A stretch of DNA of 64,000 nt, from the NCBI GenBank assembly GCA_963710375.1, contig CAVPZX010000007.1, positions 1 through 64,000 of the forward strand, read 5' to 3'. Both the position numbers and the translations under genes were made by a program. Origin of the DNA: Nitrospirota bacterium. Its GTDB lineage: Bacteria; Nitrospirota; Thermodesulfovibrionia; Thermodesulfovibrionales; Dissulfurispiraceae. Each line of letters starts with the position of its first letter. Position 1 is the stretch's first letter. Positions 59,241 through 64,000 of this stretch are shown here, one piece after another. Under the pieces are notes generated by a model that ran no database searches, was not told the DNA's origin, and was given only the letters and a program-made list of their open reading frames with translations.

Positions 59241-62200
59241 ATGAAAAAACGCTATCAAATTCCGGCAATTATTTCGTTGTCTATTGTTGTCGTGCTGTCA
59301 TTGGGTTTCCTGTCTGATTCTATGTCGAGTTCATCTATGAATACATATTGTTACACTCCTCCCTTTGTCACCACAGCTGTGCCGCCGCTGGTAATGCTTG
59401 TCATGTCAAAGGACCACAAGCTCTTTTTTAAGGCTTATGACGATGTTGTCGATCTTGACGGAGACGGGATCCCCGATGTCACTTATAAAGACACAATTAC
59501 CTATTTCGGATATTTCGATTCCGGCAAGTGCTACTCCTACATTTCTGCCAACAACCGCTTTGAGCCTCAGGTATTGGCTTCGGGCACTAACAATCATTAT
59601 TGTTCAGGTATGTGGAGCGGCAACTTTCTTAATTGGGCCACGATGGCAAGGATCGATATCCTGCGTGCGGTGCTGTATGGAGGCAAGCGCGATATAGATC
59701 AGAGTGGCGGAATAACTGTTTTAAGCAGAACGACACTCACTCAGGACGCGCACTCCTGGGCCAAGGTGTACATCGGCGCCGACATTGCGCAACTTACCCC
59801 CGCCGGCGGCGCGAGCAATCAAACCGCTATAACGATATGTAATACAAATACAAGCAACTCAGGAAATCAGGCCAACTGGTCTCTTATGAACTTCTATTGG
59901 GGAAACGCTGCAAATGGACCTGCTTCGCCTATAAATACTGGTGGTCAATACTATCCTTACGCTGCTGCCCTGGATGGCGGCGTGCAGTGTACAAAGAAAT
60001 ACAACACGGGACCTAATGCAGGTCCCGCCCTGCCAACAATCCCGTCACCCGGATCAGCGGCCAACAGCAATGGTGGTTCTTATTATGTCAATGTCTTAGT
60101 GTGCAATCCAACGGTTGGGCTGGAATCAAACTGTCTCCAGTACGGCTCGTCCACGCTATCATATAAGCCTGCCGGGGTCATGCAGACATTGGGACTGAAT
60201 CCCATAACCAATGCGCCGCGAATGTATTTTGCTCTCATCACCGGAAGCTATAATAATAATCAGAGCGGAGGAGTGTTAAGAAGTAATTTTACCGATACGA
60301 CCCAGGAGATCAATACCAGCGACGGCACAATCAATACAAGTACCTCAAAGATTATAAAGACCATTGATTTGCTTCAATTGATCTATTATGATTTCACGAA
60401 TCATACATGGGCCAGTTCACCCGGCAACTGTGGCTTGAGCGCGACCTTTACCCAACCGAACTGCCCGGACTGGGGTAACCCCATGAGTGAGATGTACTAT
60501 GAAGCGCTCAGGTATTTTGCCGGAAAAAGCGGTCCCACATCACAGTTTTCAGCTTCACCTCCGGACCCAACGTCAGTGTTTAATACAGATCTATATGCCA
60601 CAGGTGTAACTTCACTTCCGGTTGCCTCCTCGTGGGCCAATCCTTTCAGTTCATCAGGAGGCAACTATCCTTCCTGTTCCAAGCCTTTTATTCTTATGCT
60701 AAGCGATGTCTACTCCTCGTGGGACTCCGACCAACTACCAGGAGTTTATTCCTCCTGGCAAGCCACGATAACCCCCAATAACGATATCGGCGCCCCCGGC
60801 GTTTCTACCATGTTCAGCAATAGCTATTCCAATATGAATTCTCTTGAAGGAATATCCAGCGCCTTCGTGGGACAATTCGGGGCCACAAATACCGGCAATT
60901 GCTCCCAAGAGCCTTCTTCTGGGACCGGGTTTGATTTCGGCCAGGCACGCGGACTCTGCTCTGAAGAGCCTACGAAACAGGGCTCATACTATATGGCCGG
61001 GCTGGCCTGGTGGGCGCATACGACAGGCGTTACTAATCCTTCTGTCAGCAATAACCTGCAGGTTAATACCTATGCAGTGGTCACTCCTTCCGACGTACCT
61101 AATCTCAGTTTCGCAGTCGGTTCCAATACTGTTTTTCTCCAGCCTGACTTTAACGTTATCTCCTATACGGGTCTTACCGGCTCCAAAGGACAGTTTGTCG
61201 ACTTTAAAATATTGGCGACGCCTAATATCAGTTGTCCATCGCTTGACACGGAATGTACCACTGAAACCACTACTAACGGCTATCAGTATGGATACGAAGT
61301 TGCCTATGATGATTCCGGACAGGGGAATGACTACGACCTTGATGTGCGCTGGAGATTGTTTGTCAAGACAAACCCGACGGCAAATACAATAACAATCAAA
61401 ACCAAGGGCGAGTATTATGCGGCAGGCGCTAACGATGGGTCCGGGTATTTGATAACCGGTGTTAACAACGGGGGGGGATATATTGAACTCCAGGGAGCAG
61501 GAGACGGCGTGAGTTTTACGGGATATTGCAACGGAGCGGCATGCCCTTCAACTTGCAATGGAGGCGGAGAATGCTCACATGGCAGTTCATCCTCAACACC
61601 CGGTGTTGTATATGTTGAAAGGACTTTTAGTGTTACCGGGTCGTCGGCAAGCTTTACGCATGACCCCTTCTGGTACGCTGCCAAATACGGAGGGTTTAAC
61701 AACAATAATCCACTTGCACCATACCCTGCCCTGACGAGCCAATGGGACACTACCGGAGACGGTATGCCTGATAATTATTTTTATGCCTCCAATCCGCTCC
61801 AGTTGCAGCAGCAGCTCGTTAATGCATTCAGCGCAATCCTCAACCAGGCCTCATCAGGCACCACTGTTGTGAGCCTGCCCCCATCTCAGACTATATCATC
61901 CAATATCGTGGCCCAGGCCTATTTCTTTCCCGAGCAGCAGGATAACGCTGTAAGGCTTACATGGCTCGGATATCTGAGAACGTTATGGGCCGACGCTGTG
62001 TCAAATATCAGGGAGAACACTGCCGGCACGGATATCCTGGATATCATACAAGACAAAATAGTGGCGTTTCTTTATAACTCGGCGCAGCAGCAGTTTGTGG
62101 CAACTGTTTATACTGATACGAACAGCAGTTCCGGCCTGAACAGCTGCACATCTACTACAAAGGATATTTCTGCCGTGGCGCCGATTTGGGAAGCAGGCTC

Positions 62201-64000
62201 GATACTTCAAAACACTGACCCAGCCAACAGAACCATTTATACTTGGATTGACAGCCAGACGTCAGGCGCAACAGGTGTGGTTGACTCCGGAGAATTTGTA
62301 CAGTTTAGTTTAAGCGGTACAGGCGGTTTAAGTTCCTCGCAGCTCACGGCACTGAGCGGTTACTGGACGTATAGCGACATAGGAGCCTGCAACAGCGCTT
62401 GTGCGAATTCGGTTGTTCAATATGTAAGGGGGTATGACCTGCCCAGTCCTTCCGGTTCCCTGTTCAGATTAAGGCAATCGGATTCCACAGGCAGTAATGT
62501 TATCACATCATGGAAACTGGGCGATATCATTTTTTCAACTCCGCAAATTGACCCCAATGGTAAGGTCAACGGATATGATACGCGATATGGCGACACAACT
62601 TATGGGGCATTTATTAACAGTACTATCAAGAATAATCCGCCTGTTGTATTTGTCGGCGCCAATGACGGGATGGTGCATGCATTCATCCTGGGGACGCTTT
62701 CCGGCATCAGCCCACCGGTAGGAAACGGCACTTCGTCGTTAGAGGTAGCCCAGTTGTCACCTTCACCAGGAAAGACGCTAGGAAGTGAGGCATGGGCATA
62801 TATTCCATGGAATGTAATACCGTATCTCAGGTGGTATTGCCAGAACAATTATTGTCATATCCCTATGGCTGATGCCACATTTACGATTGTTGACGCCTCT
62901 ACAGGCACCCCAACAAGTCCGGCCAGTGCTGCAGCTGTGAAGCCCTCTGATGGTTCTACCTGGCGGCGCTTGCTTATAGGCTCCATGGGGTTCGGCGGTA
63001 CACCGATCACTGTAGGAAGTCCAAGCGTGACCTTCAGCTCTTCTATTTTTGTTATGGACATTACCAACCCTCTCTCTCCGGTCCTTTGGTGGGAGAAGCA
63101 GATGCCTGACAATACACTGACTGAAGGGATTCCGGGTATCGTAAGACTCGGGGCAGGCAATGCTAACGGCAGCTGGTATCTGGTTATGGGAAGCGGAGCG
63201 ACGACAATAACCACTGCAAGTCTCACTTATCCTGCAAATCCAAAAATTTATGTCTTTAATCTCCTTGATGGCAGTCAGGCAGCGTTTGACGCGAACAATG
63301 TACCTGGTTTGCCCATTACAAATGCCGAGGGCGCTACTAATAATACGGCGGCCAATGTAGCTGTCGGAGATTTAGAGTCTGCTGATCTTGATTATCCGGC
63401 TGGCGATTACCAGACTGATGTTGTCTATTTCGGCACCTATAGTGAAACAGCGGGAGGACTTTACAGGTTAAGGATACGGAACGGATCGACAGGAAACACC
63501 CCCAATTACATTGCCGGCCCGTCAAACTGGCTGATATCAGCAGTTGTCAACCCCGGACACCCTGTCTTTGCCGCTCCTTCATTAGCCATAGACGCTGCCC
63601 AAAACCAATGGCTTTATTTCGGGACCGGCCTTTATGTTACTTCAAGCGATACAAGTGTCACTAACGAGCTGTTGTATGGTGTGAAAGAGTCCACTACTTG
63701 CTGGCAGAGCGGTGGTTCAGGCTGCAATTATACAAATTTTATAAACATGACCAATGCTGCTTACACCGGTGCCAGGGCACTGACATACTCCTGTGAATGT
63801 ACGGGCGGCGCAACCGTCCTTACAGGAAAGTGCGACGGCCTTGGCAACTGTCCCAATGCCACCAATCCTGGCTGTCCTTCCAATGAAGGCTCCCTGGTGG
63901 TAACGTCAGTTGCAGGCGCGACATTGAGCGGCTCAGGCGCTAGCTGCAATGGCGCAAGCTGCGATGGCTTAAAAGATACGGCAGCAGCCAACTGTCTTGT
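59241..64000 (+). CDS. pilY1: type IV pilus tip adhesin PilY1/PilC-like, 3'-partial (absent from ORF track)
   Basis: Signal peptide; PLVMLVMSKDHKLF.KAY.D..DLDGDG, WSGNFLNWATM; same frame at WKLGDIIFSTP, VGANDGMVHAF and the window end (about 1586 codons; frame spot-checked). Confidence 0.88.
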   Translation, partial: MKKRYQIPAIISLSIVVVLSLGFLSDSMSSSSMNTYCYTPPFVTTAVPPLVMLVMSKDHKLFFKAYDDVVDLDGDGIPDVTYKDTITYFGYFDSGKCYSYISANNRFEPQVLASGTNNHYCSGMWSGNFLNWATMARIDILRAVLYGGKRDIDQSGGITVLSRTTLTQDAHSWAKVYIGADIAQLTPAGGASNQTAITICNTNTSNSGNQANWSLMNFYWGNAANGPASPINTGGQYYPYAAALDGGVQCTKKYNTGPNAGPALPTIPSPGSAANSNGGSYYVNVLVCNPTVGLESNCLQYGSSTLSYKPAGVMQTLGLNPITNAPRMYFALITGSYNNNQSGGVLRSNFTDTTQEINTSDGTINTSTSKIIKTIDLLQLIYYDFTNHTWASSPGNCGLSATFTQPNCPDWGNPMSEMYYEALRYFAGKSGPTSQFSASPPDPTSVFNTDLYATGVTSLPVASSWANPFSSSGGNYPSCSKPFILMLSDVYSSWDSDQLPGVYSSWQATITPNNDIGAPGVSTMFSNSYSNMNSLEGISSAFVGQFGATNTGNCSQEPSSGTGFDFGQARGLCSEEPTKQGSYYMAGLAWWAHTTGVTNPSVSNNLQVNTYAVVTPSDVPNLSFAVGSNTVFLQPDFNVISYTGLTGSKGQFVDFKILATPNISCPSLDTECTTETTTNGYQYGYEVAYDDSGQGNDYDLDVRWRLFVKTNPTANTITIKTKGEYYAAGANDGSGYLITGVNNGGGYIELQGAGDGVSFTGYCNGAACPSTCNGGGECSHGSSSSTPGVVYVERTFSVTGSSASFTHDPFWYAAKYGGFNNNNPLAPYPALTSQWDTTGDGMPDNYFYASNPLQLQQQLVNAFSAILNQASSGTTVVSLPPSQTISSNIVAQAYFFPEQQDNAVRLTWLGYLRTLWADAVSNIRENTAGTDILDIIQDKIVAFLYNSAQQQFVATVYTDTNSSSGLNSCTSTTKDISAVAPIWEAGSILQNTDPANRTIYTWIDSQTSGATGVVDSGEFVQFSLSGTGGLSSSQLTALSGYWTYSDIGACNSACANSVVQYVRGYDLPSPSGSLFRLRQSDSTGSNVITSWKLGDIIFSTPQIDPNGKVNGYDTRYGDTTYGAFINSTIKNNPPVVFVGANDGMVHAFILGTLSGISPPVGNGTSSLEVAQLSPSPGKTLGSEAWAYIPWNVIPYLRWYCQNNYCHIPMADATFTIVDASTGTPTSPASAAAVKPSDGSTWRRLLIGSMGFGGTPITVGSPSVTFSSSIFVMDITNPLSPVLWWEKQMPDNTLTEGIPGIVRLGAGNANGSWYLVMGSGATTITTASLTYPANPKIYVFNLLDGSQAAFDANNVPGLPITNAEGATNNTAANVAVGDLESADLDYPAGDYQTDVVYFGTYSETAGGLYRLRIRNGSTGNTPNYIAGPSNWLISAVVNPGHPVFAAPSLAIDAAQNQWLYFGTGLYVTSSDTSVTNELLYGVKESTTCWQSGGSGCNYTNFINMTNAAYTGARALTYSCECTGGATVLTGKCDGLGNCPNATNPGCPSNEGSLVVTSVAGATLSGSGASCNGASCDGLKDTAAANCL

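Noticed and set aside
875..63991. Many long overlapping ORFs in the track (e.g. 875-1501, 15024-15674, 26712-27338, 33075-33824, 60844-61392)
   Set aside because: Antisense or off-frame shadows of well-supported genes, without motifs

Overview
Gene-dense bacterial chromosome segment. Gene content and protein style suggest an anaerobic Nitrospirota (Thermodesulfovibrionia-like) or Desulfobacterota-like organism; this is inference, no search was run. The left half (1-31 kb) is accessory and signalling-rich: tRNA-Ser(GGA), a TupA-like tungstate-binding protein, a PilZ protein and a stand-alone nuoEFG module. The NuoF carries a natural E183A-equivalent change suggesting NADPH use, and a NuoD C-terminal relic sits just upstream of nuoE. 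Next come an HD-GYP protein, a CxxCH sensor kinase with two regulators (one fused to a lysine-less GcvH-like domain), a multi-PAS kinase broken by an in-frame TGA, a MerR/split-Soret/cytochrome c/DsrE cluster and several gene fragments. The right half is mostly core: frameshifted clpC, priA lacking helicase motifs, a TIGR04282/04283 pair, msrB, DUF2844-DUF3443, a GGDEF protein, iscR-tusA-iscS-iscU, romR-like, valS, nadC, purM, M23-bactofilin, moeA, LysM-NlpC, scpB, dsbC, a PilS/PilR-like pair and a sigma54-driven PilY1-like adhesin running off the window. Many intergenic gaps hold inverted short-tandem-repeat elements. No CRISPR array, rRNA or intact transposase/integrase was seen. Several +1 frameshifts may be assembly errors.
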